Source: Mobula hypostoma
Taxonomy: Eukaryota
Length of the DNA: 64,000 nt
Assembly: GCF_963921235.1 (NCBI RefSeq)
Contig: NC_086097.1
Span: forward strand, 248,250,001-248,314,000
Direction: 5' to 3'
Shown here: piece after piece, positions 63,354 to 64,000 of the stretch
Numbering within the stretch: the first letter of the stretch is position 1
Layout of the letters: every line of letters begins with the position of its first letter
Notes under the pieces: model-generated
Database searches by the model: none
The model's input: only the letters and a program-made list of their open reading frames with translations
Told to the model about the DNA's origin: nothing
Position numbers and translations under genes: made by a program

Positions 63354-64000
63354 AATGTACACTTTTTTAGATATTTACAAATTAGGAATTTTTTACGTGG
63401 TTTGTTGCCGAATTACCCTTCTGCTTATCCACCTAATATGACAGATGCTCGCTTTCGGTTTAAACCATTTCAAAAAGGGTTGATAGCTATAATCTATAAA
63501 CAGTTATTGAGTTCACGAATGATATCTAATGATAAAATTAAACATGATTGGGAATCGGAACTTCAAGAGTCATTTTCAGATAAACAATGGAGTAAAATTT
63601 TTCATTCAGTTAACAACTCATCTACTTGTGCCCGTCATTCCTTGATACAGTTCAAGGTAAGTGCATCAGGCCCACATGTCAAAGGATAAACTAGCTCGTA
63701 TTTTCCCCAATATTAATCCTATTTGTGACAGATGTAATACTGAGCTGGCCACTTTAACTCATATGTATTGGTCTTGTATAAAGCTAGATAACTTTTGGAA
63801 AGATATTTTTAAATCACTATCAAAAGTTTTGGATCCGGATCTACAATCTAATTTGTTTACGACAATTTTTGGGATTATCCCATCAGAAGCAGGAAATATT
63901 CCTGTTTCTGCTCAACGTATGCTAGATTAATAAAGATTAATAAAGAAAGATCAATCTAACCTTTCCCTCCCACAAGTCCCCACTTTTCTATCAGCCTTTT

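Larger units (their letters stand above)
60640..63925 (+). mobile_element. L1 remnant: ORF1 (about 60728-61613) and ORF2 C-terminus (about 62790-63925); EN and RT missing
   Basis: DLESRNRRMNLHILGLPE...LDRAH (L1 ORF1); HFFRYLQIR, HSLIQFKV, CDRC...THMYWSC (ORF2 C-terminus). Confidence 0.85.

Noticed and set aside
63291..63689. Possible host exon ending at aag/gtaagt (about 63657)
   Set aside because: The peptide is L1 ORF2 C-terminus (HSLIQFKV), not amphiphysin; the donor-like sequence appears coincidental.

Overview
Eukaryotic, repeat-saturated vertebrate DNA. The repeat spectrum (CR1, Rex1/Babar, L1, HE1-like SINEs, Penelope-derived elements) suggests a cartilaginous fish, probably a ray; this is an inference. 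The only host gene I can support is amphiphysin (AMPH-like, N-BAR domain) on the + strand: six GT-AG exons of 81, 55, 95, 96, 108 and 86 nt between 19717 and 57086 splice into one open frame. Exon 1 and the exons after the sixth were not found and probably lie outside the window. Almost all other ORFs in the track are decayed retrotransposon fragments or spurious. The introns hold deeply nested TEs, several with readable target-site duplications. Most interesting signals: (i) the 3' UTR of a HERO-like REL retrotransposon (60448-60565) contains every hammerhead-ribozyme core nucleotide, but in a rearranged, pseudoknotted strand order; (ii) about ten Penelope-derived repeats carry minimal hammerhead motifs, several inserted as fold-back inverted pairs; (iii) near-identical inverted CR1 copies bracket frame-preserving exon blocks, making them circRNA candidates; (iv) a hAT MITE appears to have used a cryptic end; (v) a degenerate 43-bp minisatellite has been fragmented by insertions. 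Family names come from motif recognition, not database searches, and repeat boundaries are approximate unless a TSD is quoted.
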